A DNA stretch of 27,638 nt from Bacillota bacterium (GTDB lineage Bacteria; Bacillota; Clostridia; Oscillospirales; Acutalibacteraceae), in NCBI GenBank assembly GCA_009786275.1, contig WQTL01000516.1:1-27638 (forward strand), given 5' to 3'. Below are positions 14,080 to 24,633 of the stretch, one piece after another (position 1 is the first letter of the stretch; each line of letters opens with the position of its first letter). The notes below the pieces were generated by a model. That model was not told where the DNA came from and searched no databases. It was given only the letters and a program-made list of their open reading frames with translations. Both the position numbers and the translations under genes were made by a program.

Positions 14080-17000
14080 GTGAAGATTCAGAGCATGTTT
14101 CAAAGGGACATTAACCGCGACATCAACGGCGTGATCAAGGTGGCGCAGGACGATGAACAGAGCCTGGTTCAGGAGCTTGGCGAGTATATCATTACCAAAG
14201 AGCTCCGCCGCCACTTCACCACATTCTTCGATAATTACTCGAAAGCCATCGACCATCCAACGGATAAAATCGGGGTGTGGATTTCGGGTTTCTTCGGAAG
14301 CGGTAAATCCCACTTTCTTAAAATGCTGTCTTACCTGCTGTCCAACCGCGAAGTCGCCGGGCGACACGCTGTGGATTTCTTCGAGGATAAATTTGACGAC
14401 CCGATGATGTACGCCACAGCCGTGCGATGCACCAATATCCCTACGGAGTCGATTCTCTTTAACATTGACATCGAGGGGCCGATCAACAAAGACAAAACGG
14501 CGGTTCTGCGGGTGTTCGCCAAGGTGTTCTACAACCACCTGGGCTTCTACGGCGAGGATTTGAAGATAGCGAAGCTGGAACGCTTCGTGGACAGGAGCGG
14601 CAAGACCGACGCATTCCGCGAGAAGTTTGAGGAAATCAACGGTGCGCCCTGGGTGGAAGCCAGAGCATCCTATGCTTTTTTTGAGGACGACGTCGTTTCT
14701 GTTTTGCAAAGTGTTTTCAGCATGAGTGAAGTTGCTGCGCGCAACTGGTTCAACGGCGAAGAAAACGGCGACATGAGCATCAAGCAGCTCGTGGAAGAAA
14801 TTAGGGCATATGCCGAAACCAAAGGAAAAGACTTCAGGCTGTTATTCTGCGTGGATGAGGTCGGCCAGTATATCGGCGAGGACGGCGACCTGATGATGAA
14901 CCTCCAGTCCATCGTTGAGGAAATTGGCAGCAAGTGCCGCGGCAAGGTCTGGGTGATGGTTACAAGCCAGGAGGCCATCGACTCCGTGGTCAAAATTAGC
15001 GGCGACGACTTTTCCAAGATTCAGGGCCGCTTCAACACCAGGCTGTCCCTGTCCTCCGCATCGGTGGATGAAGTGATAAAAAAGCGTATTCTTGAGAAAA
15101 CCCCGGAGGCCGAGCAGCTTCTCCGCATGGTTTTTGATAAAGAACACGCGGTAATCAAAAACCTGTTCACCTTCAACAACGCTGTGCTGGACATCAAGGG
15201 CTATGCCGATGGCTCTGTGTTTTCCGCAGCCTATCCGTTCATTCCTTACCAGTTTATCATCATACAGAAAGTGCTCGCCGAAATTCGAAAACACGGCAAC
15301 AGCGGCAAGCATCTATCCGGCGGCGAGCGATCCATGCTTTCCGGCTTTCAGGAAGCGGCACAAAAGATACAGGGCAGAGACGAGAACGCCCTTGTGCCCT
15401 TTTGGCAGTTCTACGACACGGTACATACATTCCTGGAAAGCCCGATACGCCGCGTGATCGACCGCTGCCAGACGGCGGCCGATCATCACGACGGCTTGGA
15501 GCACCAAGACGTGCGCGTGCTCAAGCTCCTCTATCTGATCCGATACATCGATGATATAAAGGCGAACATCGATAATATCGCTGTCCTGATGGTAGACGAT
15601 ATCCGCACAGACAAGATTACCTTGCGCAGCGATATTGCCGCGTCCCTGGAGCGCCTGGAGCGCCAGAACTATGTGGCCCGCAACGGCGACAATTACTCGT
15701 TTCTGACCGACGAAGAGCAGGACATCGCCATCGATATCCGCAACACGCCGGTGGACAGCGCGGCCATCGTGCAGAGTATAGGGCAGACGCTTTTTTCGGA
15801 AATCTATCCGGCGAAGAAATTTAAGTATAACAAATACGACTTCGCCTATGACCAGTACATCGACGAAGCCCTCGTCGGGACTGCTGCGGGCGGGGTTCGC
15901 CTGCGTTTCGTCACGGTGGCAAACGACTACTGCAACGCGCCGGAAGCGAAGCTGATCATGGACTCGCAAGTCAACAACGAGGTGATCGTCCTGTTGTCCG
16001 GCGAGGCACGGTATTTTGAGGAACTGGAAACCGCCGCCAAGATTCGCAAGTATATCAAACAAAAGAATGTCTCACAATTGCCGGAGAGCATCCAGGACAT
16101 CATCCGCAAGCGGCAGGCACAGGCCCGCGCCCTTGAAGACAGCGCGAGGGGGCAGCTTGATAAAGCGATAGTCGGCGCGGCGTTCTATATCCACGGCGAA
16201 AAGACGGAAATTAAGCACGGCGATGCCAAGGCCAAGCTCGACGAAGCCCTGGGGCAGCTCGTCGAAAGCGTCTACTCCAAGCTGAACCTCGTGAATGTAT
16301 TCTGCGAAAGTGACGCCGACATCCTGTCTATCCTCAACGGCGAGCCGCGGCAAAGCAGCGTTGCGGGCACAGGGAACAATAATGAGTTTGCCCTGTCCGA
16401 AGTCAGCCAATGGCTGGAGGAGCGCTGCATGAGCCATGTTCCCGTGTCGATGGGCGATGTGCAAAGGCGTTACCAGGCGATACCATATGGCTGGCGCGAA
16501 GTGGATATAGCCGCTTTGGCGGCGCGGCTGGTCGTATCCCAGATGATTGAAATCCGCTACGGCGGCGCGGTAGCCGGCAAGGAGGACAGAAGCCTTGTCC
16601 GCTATCTGCGTGTAAAATCTGAAATCGACAAGGCGAGCGTCAGCCGCAGAATCGCGCCGTCTGAGGAGGATATGCGCAAAGCGGTCAAATTTCTGCGGGA
16701 ATGGCTTGGACAAATGTCCATTGCCCAGGACGAGGACGGCTTGGTGCTGTTTGTGAAAGAAGTGCTTGCGGAAAGGCAGCTGCACTACGAAGCTCTGTTG
16801 GCGCTATATCAGAACGAGCGCTATCCGCAAGGGGAAGTAGTGCGCGGCGCCCGCGATCTGATGGCGGATATCCTCACGCAGAAAAGCAACAACGTGGCGC
16901 TCCTAAAACACCTCATCGCCAAACAGGAAGCCATTCTGGATATGTCTGAAGATATGGAGGAGGTTGAGACCTTCTTCAAGTCGCAGAAAGACATTTTCGA

Positions 17001-17604
17001 CTCTGCCCGAAGGCAGCAAAACAACTTGCGGGACGAGCGGGATTACTTCGCCGCCGATCCGGAAACCGCCGCAAAAATCAATGAAATCGCATCTATCCTT
17101 GGCATGGCAAAGCCCTACCAAAGAATCAAGGACCTCTCCGGCCTGATGCAGGACATCAGATCGGCCTATGATGTCCTTCTCGGCCAGAAGAAGGAAGAGG
17201 TGCGCGGCATCATCACCCTGTGCATGGGCGACATCCACACGCTTGCGGGCGTGGGCAGCAGGGCTGACGACGATGTTCGCCGTGCCGACGACCGCTTCGG
17301 CGAATACAAGCAAAAGGTTGCGGGTGCGCAAAGCCTGACCGTGCTGGACGCGATGATCACCCAGATGCAAAATTACAAAGATCAAGTATGCAAACGGATT
17401 GAAGCCTTGCTGCACGAGGCGCCGCCGTCGCATCCCGGAGCCGGAGAAGCGGAAAAACCCAGGTCTATCGCCCAAGTGCGCCGTTATGACCTGTTCCCCG
17501 CAAGGCGCTTGACCAGTGCCGAGGATGTGGACAACTACCTTGAAGGCATCCGTAAGAAGTGCCTGGCCACGCTGGAGAACGCCGGCGGCATTCAAATCAT
17601 GTAG
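14080..17604 (+). CDS. brxC: BREX P-loop ATPase BrxC
   Basis: 1174 aa; WISGFFGSGKSHFLK (Walker A), FCVDEVGQY (Walker B), FSKIQGRF and YPFIPYQF. Confidence 0.95.
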   Translation: MKIQSMFQRDINRDINGVIKVAQDDEQSLVQELGEYIITKELRRHFTTFFDNYSKAIDHPTDKIGVWISGFFGSGKSHFLKMLSYLLSNREVAGRHAVDFFEDKFDDPMMYATAVRCTNIPTESILFNIDIEGPINKDKTAVLRVFAKVFYNHLGFYGEDLKIAKLERFVDRSGKTDAFREKFEEINGAPWVEARASYAFFEDDVVSVLQSVFSMSEVAARNWFNGEENGDMSIKQLVEEIRAYAETKGKDFRLLFCVDEVGQYIGEDGDLMMNLQSIVEEIGSKCRGKVWVMVTSQEAIDSVVKISGDDFSKIQGRFNTRLSLSSASVDEVIKKRILEKTPEAEQLLRMVFDKEHAVIKNLFTFNNAVLDIKGYADGSVFSAAYPFIPYQFIIIQKVLAEIRKHGNSGKHLSGGERSMLSGFQEAAQKIQGRDENALVPFWQFYDTVHTFLESPIRRVIDRCQTAADHHDGLEHQDVRVLKLLYLIRYIDDIKANIDNIAVLMVDDIRTDKITLRSDIAASLERLERQNYVARNGDNYSFLTDEEQDIAIDIRNTPVDSAAIVQSIGQTLFSEIYPAKKFKYNKYDFAYDQYIDEALVGTAAGGVRLRFVTVANDYCNAPEAKLIMDSQVNNEVIVLLSGEARYFEELETAAKIRKYIKQKNVSQLPESIQDIIRKRQAQARALEDSARGQLDKAIVGAAFYIHGEKTEIKHGDAKAKLDEALGQLVESVYSKLNLVNVFCESDADILSILNGEPRQSSVAGTGNNNEFALSEVSQWLEERCMSHVPVSMGDVQRRYQAIPYGWREVDIAALAARLVVSQMIEIRYGGAVAGKEDRSLVRYLRVKSEIDKASVSRRIAPSEEDMRKAVKFLREWLGQMSIAQDEDGLVLFVKEVLAERQLHYEALLALYQNERYPQGEVVRGARDLMADILTQKSNNVALLKHLIAKQEAILDMSEDMEEVETFFKSQKDIFDSARRQQNNLRDERDYFAADPETAAKINEIASILGMAKPYQRIKDLSGLMQDIRSAYDVLLGQKKEEVRGIITLCMGDIHTLAGVGSRADDDVRRADDRFGEYKQKVAGAQSLTVLDAMITQMQNYKDQVCKRIEALLHEAPPSHPGAGEAEKPRSIAQVRRYDLFPARRLTSAEDVDNYLEGIRKKCLATLENAGGIQIM

Positions 17605-17618
17605 GCGAGGGGACGGAT

Positions 17619-20600
17619 ATGAACAAGACCGCCATACAAAAATACGCGGTGTGGGCACGAAACGAGCTCATCGGGCAGGTAAAACAGCGTGCCTTCCAAT
17701 ATGGGATCAGCGAGGAGGGGTACGGCGAAGAGAACGCCGCCGTGGTTGCCGGGCGTGTGTTGAGCACGGACGAAAAGCGCCAGCGGCAGGGCTTTGTTGA
17801 CGAAATAAAGAAATACGGCTACCGGCAGGCGGTGGAAAAAGCTGCTTACACCTGGTTCAACCGCTTCATCGCTCTGCGCTTTATGGAGGTCAACGACTAC
17901 CTGCCGACCCATGTGCGTGTGTTTTCGGACGCTGCCGGGAGCTTCAATCCCGAAATACTCAAAGAGGCCCTGCGCATTGATTTACCCGGCCTTGACCCCG
18001 CGAAGGTCCGCGCTTTCATCGACGCCAGCGACGACGAGGGTCTTTACCGCTACCTGCTGCTCACCCAGTGCAACGCCCTGAGCGGCGCACTGCCGGAGAT
18101 GTTCCAGCAAATGGGCGGCTACACCGAGCTGCTGCTGCCGAACAATATCCTCAAGCAGGACAGCGTGCTTGCCCGGCTTGTGCTGGACATTGACGCGGGC
18201 GACTGGCACGACGCCGTGCAGATCATCGGGTGGATGTACCAGTACTACAACACCGAACCCAAGCAGGCGGTCTTCGACGGCCTGAAGAAGAATATTAAAA
18301 TCACCAAGGAGAAAATCCCCGCCGCAACCCAGCTTTTTACCCCGGACTGGATCGTGCGCTACATGGTGGAAAACTCCCTGGGCAGGCTGTGGCTGGAAAA
18401 CCACCCGGACGCGGCCTTGCGGGGCAAACCGCTGCAATCGTATTGGAAATACTACCTGGCCGAAGCGGAGCAGACCCCTGAAGTGACGCGGCACCTGTGC
18501 GCCCTGCGCTCTCTGTCACCCGTAAAATCGCCGGAAGACGTCCGCTTTATTGACCCCTGCATGGGCAGCGGCCACATCCTGGTCTACGCCTTTGACGTGC
18601 TGCTGCAAATCTACGAAAGCGAGGGCGTGGGCAACAGCGACGCCGCCCGGCTCATCCTGGAAAAAAACCTCCACGGCCTGGATATCGACCCCCGGGCCTA
18701 CCAGCTTGCCTATTTCGCGCTGATGATGAAAGCCCGCAAACACAACCGCCGCATCCTTCGCCTGGGCGTTGCGCCGCAGGTCTACCACCCGGAGGGCTTT
18801 GCCGACGGCGAGGAATACGGCTCGCTGAAAATCGATGACCCCGGCGGCATACCCGCCGAGCGCATTGGCTACGACAACGACCTGCGCGTATGGAACTTCA
18901 AGCGGCTGCTGACCCTGAAGTACGACTGCGTGGTGACGAACCCGCCGTATATGGGAGGCAAAGGGCAGAGTGGAACAACGGCTCAGTTTCTTAAAGATAA
19001 TTATCCCGATACCAAATCCGACACATTTTCTGCTTTCATTGAAAGGTGCGGACAAATGGCCAGCTCGACTGGATATGTCGGAATGTTTACGCCATATGTC
19101 TGGATGTTTATACAGAGCTATGAGAAGCTCCGCAATATGCTGTACTCCACAAAAGATATTATCACGCTGATTCAGTTTGAGTATTCAGCGTTTGAAGAAG
19201 CAACTGTGCCAGTCTGTTCTTTTGTGGTGCGCAATGGCAAAACTGGCGCTTCTGGAGAATATTTGCGCCTTGTGGATTATCGCGGCGGCATGGAGGTACA
19301 GAGAGTAAAAGCGCTTGAAGCCATAGCCAATCCCAATTGCGGCTATCGCTATACAGCCAGCACCGAAAACTTCGAGAAAATACCGGGGTGGCCTGTGGCG
19401 TATTGGGTGAGTGAGGCGATGTTAAGGGCGTTTATTCGTGGGAAAACAATTGAAGAAATCGCCGACGTAAAGCATGGAATGTCTACAGGAAAAAACGAAG
19501 TATTCGTTCGCGAATGGTGGGAGATCAAGCATAATGAAATAGATTATAATCTGACCGATAAAAATCAACTAGAACATAGCACGGCTAAGTACTATCCCTA
19601 CAATAAAGGTGGAGAGTATCGGCTTTGGTATGGTAATGCACAACAAGTCGTGCTATACGGAAGCGAAGGCAGAACAAAGATGCTAACTTACTCCGGCTTT
19701 AGGCACGATGGTAAAGAGTGGTATTTCCGCAAAGGCATAACATGGTCTTTTATTAGCTCATCAAAATTCGGCGTTCGCTTGTCGCCAACTGGGTTTGTCT
19801 TTGACGTTGCCGGCTCATCTCTTTTCCCGAAACCAGTGAATATACTCTATTTGCTTGGCTTTTTGAGTTCGAAGATTTGTTTTACCATCCTAATGTCTCT
19901 CAATCCAACATTGAATTTTCAAGTTGGAAACATCAAGAGCATACCCGTAATCCTCGATGCAGGCAGAAAGCCGGATGTGGATGATTTAGTTACCACCAAC
20001 GTCTCACTCTCCCGTTCCGACTGGGACGCCTTTGAAACCAGCTGGGATTTTAAGCGGCACCCGCTGGTGAATGGGGAAGCGAGCATGGCGGCGGCGTTTG
20101 GGAATTGGGAGCGCGAGGCGGCGGAGCGGTTTGAGACCCTCAAGGCCAATGAAGAGGAGCTGAACCGGATATTTATTGGCATCTACGGCTTGCAGGATGA
20201 GCTGACCCCGGAGGTGGAGGACAAGGACGTGACCGTGCGGCGGGCCGACCTGGGCCGGGACATCAGGAGCTTTATCAGCTACGCCGTAGGGTGCATGTTC
20301 GGGCGGTATTCGCTGGACGAGGAGGGGCTTGTGTTCGCGGGCGGCGGCTGGGATGACGGCAAGTACAAGACGTTCCAGCCGGATGCGGACAACGTGCTGC
20401 CCATCTGCGACGACGAGTATTTTGACGACGACATCGCGGGGCGGTTCGCGCAGTTCGTGGAGGCGGTCTACGGCGCGCAAACCCTGGAGGAGAACCTGAA
20501 GTTCATCGCCGACGCGCTGGGCGGTAAAGGCACGCCCCGCGAAGTCATCCGGAATTACTTCCTGAATGATTTCTACAAAGACCACTGCAAGATATACCAG

Positions 20601-20957
20601 AAACGCCCGATTTATTGGTTGTTCGATTCCGGCAAGAAGCACGGCTTCAAGGCGCTGGTGTACCTGCATCGCTACAGCCGCGACCTGCTGGCCCGCCTGC
20701 GCACGGATTACGTCCACGAGCAGCAGGAGCGCTACCGCACCCAGCTTTCGCACATCGCCGTGGCGCTGCACACGGCGGCGGGCACGGAGCGGGCAAGGCT
20801 CCTCAAGCAGCAGGACAAGCTCAGCGAGCAGGCCCTTGAGCTGGGGGCCTACGAGGAAAAAATTCACCACTTGGCCGACAGGAACATTGAAATCGACCTG
20901 GACGACGGCGTGAAGAAGAACTACGAGCTTTTCGCCGATGTGCTGGCGAAGATATAG
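17619..20957 (+). CDS. pglX: BREX-1 adenine methyltransferase PglX
   Basis: AYTWFNRFIALRFME, ATQLFTPDWIVRYMVENSLG, DPCMGSGH, NPPY, KRPIYW and IDLDDGVK. Confidence 0.95.
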   Translation: MNKTAIQKYAVWARNELIGQVKQRAFQYGISEEGYGEENAAVVAGRVLSTDEKRQRQGFVDEIKKYGYRQAVEKAAYTWFNRFIALRFMEVNDYLPTHVRVFSDAAGSFNPEILKEALRIDLPGLDPAKVRAFIDASDDEGLYRYLLLTQCNALSGALPEMFQQMGGYTELLLPNNILKQDSVLARLVLDIDAGDWHDAVQIIGWMYQYYNTEPKQAVFDGLKKNIKITKEKIPAATQLFTPDWIVRYMVENSLGRLWLENHPDAALRGKPLQSYWKYYLAEAEQTPEVTRHLCALRSLSPVKSPEDVRFIDPCMGSGHILVYAFDVLLQIYESEGVGNSDAARLILEKNLHGLDIDPRAYQLAYFALMMKARKHNRRILRLGVAPQVYHPEGFADGEEYGSLKIDDPGGIPAERIGYDNDLRVWNFKRLLTLKYDCVVTNPPYMGGKGQSGTTAQFLKDNYPDTKSDTFSAFIERCGQMASSTGYVGMFTPYVWMFIQSYEKLRNMLYSTKDIITLIQFEYSAFEEATVPVCSFVVRNGKTGASGEYLRLVDYRGGMEVQRVKALEAIANPNCGYRYTASTENFEKIPGWPVAYWVSEAMLRAFIRGKTIEEIADVKHGMSTGKNEVFVREWWEIKHNEIDYNLTDKNQLEHSTAKYYPYNKGGEYRLWYGNAQQVVLYGSEGRTKMLTYSGFRHDGKEWYFRKGITWSFISSSKFGVRLSPTGFVFDVAGSSLFPKPVNILYLLGFLSSKICFTILMSLNPTLNFQVGNIKSIPVILDAGRKPDVDDLVTTNVSLSRSDWDAFETSWDFKRHPLVNGEASMAAAFGNWEREAAERFETLKANEEELNRIFIGIYGLQDELTPEVEDKDVTVRRADLGRDIRSFISYAVGCMFGRYSLDEEGLVFAGGGWDDGKYKTFQPDADNVLPICDDEYFDDDIAGRFAQFVEAVYGAQTLEENLKFIADALGGKGTPREVIRNYFLNDFYKDHCKIYQKRPIYWLFDSGKKHGFKALVYLHRYSRDLLARLRTDYVHEQQERYRTQLSHIAVALHTAAGTERARLLKQQDKLSEQALELGAYEEKIHHLADRNIEIDLDDGVKKNYELFADVLAKI

Positions 20958-20972
20958 AGAGGTGTGAACGGG

Positions 20973-21998
20973 ATGGCAAACAAACCACCCTATACCATCA
21001 CGGAGAAAGCCGCCGACTATCTGGCGAAAATCGTAGAAACCGTAACGCGGCTGGAATACGGCACGGGCTTCAAGCGGGATATCCGCCTGCATAGGGAAAA
21101 TCGTGCGCGGACCATACACTCCTCCCTTGCCATCGAGGGCAACTCTCTCACGCTGGGTGAGGTAACCGCCGTGATCGAAGGCAAGGTCATCGCGGGCAAG
21201 CAGGCGGACATCAAGGAAGTAAAGAACGCCTACGAAGCCTACGACAAAATCATGACATTTGACCCCTATGCCGTCAAAGACTTCCTGATCGCCCACAAGC
21301 TGATGACGCAGGGTCTGGTTGCGGAAGCGGGCAAGTTCCGCAGCGGCGACGTGGGTGTATTTGACGGCGATGTGGCGGTGCATATCGGCGCGAGGCCGCA
21401 GTTCGTCCCAGGTTTGGTGAACGAGTTGTTCGGTTGGGCAAAGGAATCCGAATTGCACCCTGTGTTGAAAAGCGCGATTGCGCATTACGAAATCGAAACT
21501 ATCCACCCCTTTGCCGACGGCAACGGGCGTATGGGGCGGCTTTGGCAGACCTTGCTTCTGGCCAAATGGAACGCCATTTTCGCATGGATTCCCATGGAAG
21601 AGGTGCTGTACCGGAACAGACCGCAATACTATCAGGCAATCGAAGCGGCGAGAAAAGCCAACGATTCGGGCGATTTTATTGAATTTACGCTTTCGGTGGT
21701 TTTGGACACCATTGCCGACCAGGAAAAGCACCAAGTCAAGCACGAAGATAAGCACCAAGTCGAATGGGCCGAAAAACAACTGGAGGTGCTGAGATCACTT
21801 GGCACAACGGCATTGTCGCGCAAAGAAGTGTTTGACGCTGTCGGAATGAACGGTGATTCGCGTTCATTCAAACGTCATATGGAACCGCTTCTCGAAGCGG
21901 GACTGATTGAGATGACCGTACCTGACAGGCCAAACAGCCGCCTGCAAAAATACAGGCTGACGGAAAACGGTAAGACTGTCATCGGCGAAAGCAGATAG
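20973..21998 (+). CDS. fic: Fic-family protein with a C-terminal HTH-like domain
   Basis: Canonical HPFADGNGRMGR, an N-terminal inhibitory-type SSLAIEGN motif, and C-terminal MTVPDRPNSRLQKYRLT. Confidence 0.9.
   Translation: MANKPPYTITEKAADYLAKIVETVTRLEYGTGFKRDIRLHRENRARTIHSSLAIEGNSLTLGEVTAVIEGKVIAGKQADIKEVKNAYEAYDKIMTFDPYAVKDFLIAHKLMTQGLVAEAGKFRSGDVGVFDGDVAVHIGARPQFVPGLVNELFGWAKESELHPVLKSAIAHYEIETIHPFADGNGRMGRLWQTLLLAKWNAIFAWIPMEEVLYRNRPQYYQAIEAARKANDSGDFIEFTLSVVLDTIADQEKHQVKHEDKHQVEWAEKQLEVLRSLGTTALSRKEVFDAVGMNGDSRSFKRHMEPLLEAGLIEMTVPDRPNSRLQKYRLTENGKTVIGESR
21726..21761 (+). repeat. Three 12-bp tandem units encoding a KHQV/KHED linker
   Basis: AAGCACCAAGTC AAGCACGAAGAT AAGCACCAAGTC. Confidence 0.8.
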
Positions 21999-22014
21999 TA
22001 ACGGAGGATTGCTC

Positions 22015-24612
22015 ATGTTGTCAGAAACCATAAACAGCAGGCTGCTGGAGCGGTTCGCCGTGCCGTTGCCTGAGTTCCATAACCGCCGGATCGTGTTCTG
22101 GCACGATGAAGACGGTTCGTTCGAGGATGAATTGAACCATCTCGATCTGCCCGGCACACAGGTCATCAGATTAACCGGCACAAACAATTTCTCTGTTAAA
22201 AAATTACTCTGCGCCGACGATCTGACGGGCGATTATCTGATTTACGACCCTCTGGTTTATGACAAAGAAGGCAAAGACGACTGGTTGTTGGACATCCGGC
22301 TGTACAGCGAGGAGTTCCGCGCCGACCTTGTGTCCTTGCAGATGGAGGAACTGTTGGTAGAACCGTCCTCCGCGATGCGCAAGACGATGAAGCTTTACGA
22401 CAGATTTATGGACAGCAAAGAGCGCAGGGAAAAACTGCGCCGTATCGGCCGCAGCTACCAGTCGCCGCTGCAATTGCATATCGACATTATGGCGGTGCTG
22501 TGCGGGTGCGGCGGCGGCACGGTACAGGACGTGATTATCGCCGTGCTGTCGGCAGGCCTGGAGAAAGAGAGCAATGCCGCGCTAACGGCGATTGAAAAGT
22601 TCGGCAGCATGGATGCTTTTTGGTCGTTGATTCAAAAATACACGGGTTATCCGCACACGCACGAGCGTCCGCTTGGCGATTTTGCCGCCCATATCCTGCT
22701 GACCGCTCTCTCACAAACGATGCCGATGTCTATTCTGCGCGGGTTGGAGCGGTTCGTTTCAGACGCGAACAAAGCTTATTGCTACCAGCTAGTCCACGAG
22801 TGGCAGCACAGCGGCGACGGAAGTGGCTTGGAAGACATTTGCCGCCATGTGGAGCGAGAGCTGCGCCTTGCCGGTCGTTTTGACAAGACGGAAGTCAGCG
22901 TTCTCTTGAAAAGCGATACATTCCCGGCGATCAATGAAAGCATCCTCAAGCATTTCTACGCTGAGATTGCCGAGAACGTCATTAAGGCAGAGGATATCAT
23001 TACGGCGGTTGAGAGCCGCAGAACAGCCGCTTGGTATAGCCTGACAGAGGACTATCTCGAAAGCCTCTATTGCATAGCCAGAATGCAGAGATTCTACCTA
23101 TCGCACATCGAAGGCTTCCATATAGTGGAACCAGCGAAGGTCTGGACGCTCTACACCACGGACGCTTATCAAATGGACAGCTATTATCGGCGCTTCCATC
23201 TTCATTTTGGCAATAGCTTAAAAAAACCGAGCGCACTTTTGGAGGACGCTTTGAAGAAGTGCTCCGACAGGGTTGAAGGCTTGTACCGTGAGTGGTTTTT
23301 GAAACAACTCACCCTGATATGGACCAATTCCATCGCGGGCGATCTGGAGTCGCTTGGGGCCGTTGCCGCCGCACAGATACCCGAACAACGCAGATTCTAC
23401 AACCGCTATGTTTCGCCCAACGTGCGCCGCGGCAACCGTGTGTTCGTGGTTATTTCCGACGCCCTGCGCTATGAAACAGCCGTTGAACTCTCCGAGCGGC
23501 TCAGCCGCGTCACCAAGGGCAAGACAACAATGGAAGCGATGCAAGCAATCTTCCCTGGTATAACGAAGTTCGGCATGGCGGCTTTGCTCCCCGGCAAAGA
23601 GGTGACGGTAAATGAAAAGATGGACGTGTTTGTAGACGGCAGCCCGGCCGCCACTACGCTCCAGCGCGGTGTGATACTTTGCAGGGCCCACCCCGGCAGC
23701 GCGGCAGTGACTTACAAAGACCTGCTCCAAATGAAAAAGCAGGAACGGCGCGACCTCGTGGCAGGCAAGGAAATCATTTATATCTATCATAACACCATTG
23801 ATGCCAACGGTGACAAACCCGCTACCGAGCAGAAGGTGTTCGAGGCTTGCGGCGACGCCATTGAGGAACTGACCGCCATCGTCAAGATCATCGTTAACGA
23901 TTTAAGCGGGGCAAATGTGTTTATCACCGCGGACCACGGCTTTCTTTACACCTATCGTCCGCTGGACGAGAGCCAAAAGATCAGCCGACAAACTTTTTGC
24001 GGCAACCTTCTGGAACTGGGCAGGCGTTACGCTCTTGTGCCTCCCGAGACCACTGCCGACTATCTCTTGCCTGTCAAAACAGACAAGATGATCAGCGGCG
24101 TTGCGATGAAGGGCTTCGCTGCGCAGGATACCGTACGCATGAAAGTGCAGGGCGGCGGCGAGAACTATGTCCACGGCGGCATAAGTATGCAGGAAATGGT
24201 TGTTCCGGTCATTGTCTACAAAGGAATCCGAGCCTCCTCCACAAAATATGTCGAGGTGCAAAATCCGGGACTTTCACTGATATCAGAGAGCCGAAAAGTT
24301 TCGAATCTGATGTTCTCGCTGGATTTTCTGCAAAAGCAGCCCGTGGGCGACAAGGTGCAACCGTGCAATTATACGCTCCGCTTCACCGACGAGGAGGGAG
24401 TGCCTGTCAGCGATTTTCAGACGGTTATCGCCGACCGGACAAGCGGCAAAGATGCCGAGCGGGTGCTGCGCGTAAGGTTCACTCTCAAGCCGATGCAGTA
24501 CAACACAAACAAGCTTTACCGCCTTGTCATCGCAAACGACACCGATGCCCCCGAAGAGGTGGAATTCCGCATAGACATCGCATTTGCCGACGACTTCGGC
24601 TTCGATCTGTAA
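22015..24612 (+). CDS. pglZ: BREX-1 phosphatase/nuclease PglZ
   Basis: RRIVFWHD, VISDALRYE, ITADHGF and NYVHGGISMQE; RBS GGAGG before ATG 22015. Confidence 0.95.
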   Translation: MLSETINSRLLERFAVPLPEFHNRRIVFWHDEDGSFEDELNHLDLPGTQVIRLTGTNNFSVKKLLCADDLTGDYLIYDPLVYDKEGKDDWLLDIRLYSEEFRADLVSLQMEELLVEPSSAMRKTMKLYDRFMDSKERREKLRRIGRSYQSPLQLHIDIMAVLCGCGGGTVQDVIIAVLSAGLEKESNAALTAIEKFGSMDAFWSLIQKYTGYPHTHERPLGDFAAHILLTALSQTMPMSILRGLERFVSDANKAYCYQLVHEWQHSGDGSGLEDICRHVERELRLAGRFDKTEVSVLLKSDTFPAINESILKHFYAEIAENVIKAEDIITAVESRRTAAWYSLTEDYLESLYCIARMQRFYLSHIEGFHIVEPAKVWTLYTTDAYQMDSYYRRFHLHFGNSLKKPSALLEDALKKCSDRVEGLYREWFLKQLTLIWTNSIAGDLESLGAVAAAQIPEQRRFYNRYVSPNVRRGNRVFVVISDALRYETAVELSERLSRVTKGKTTMEAMQAIFPGITKFGMAALLPGKEVTVNEKMDVFVDGSPAATTLQRGVILCRAHPGSAAVTYKDLLQMKKQERRDLVAGKEIIYIYHNTIDANGDKPATEQKVFEACGDAIEELTAIVKIIVNDLSGANVFITADHGFLYTYRPLDESQKISRQTFCGNLLELGRRYALVPPETTADYLLPVKTDKMISGVAMKGFAAQDTVRMKVQGGGENYVHGGISMQEMVVPVIVYKGIRASSTKYVEVQNPGLSLISESRKVSNLMFSLDFLQKQPVGDKVQPCNYTLRFTDEEGVPVSDFQTVIADRTSGKDAERVLRVRFTLKPMQYNTNKLYRLVIANDTDAPEEVEFRIDIAFADDFGFDL

Positions 24613-24633
24613 CTATAATAGGAGGATTTGAAG

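Noticed and set aside
17619-20957. Invertible, phase-variable pglX as in some lactobacilli
   Set aside because: No second or truncated pglX copy and no flanking inverted repeats were seen in the window.
21726-21761. 12-bp repeat as a contingency locus
   Set aside because: The unit is a multiple of 3 with only three imperfect copies. It matches the ordinary tetrapeptide linkers of Fic/HTH proteins.
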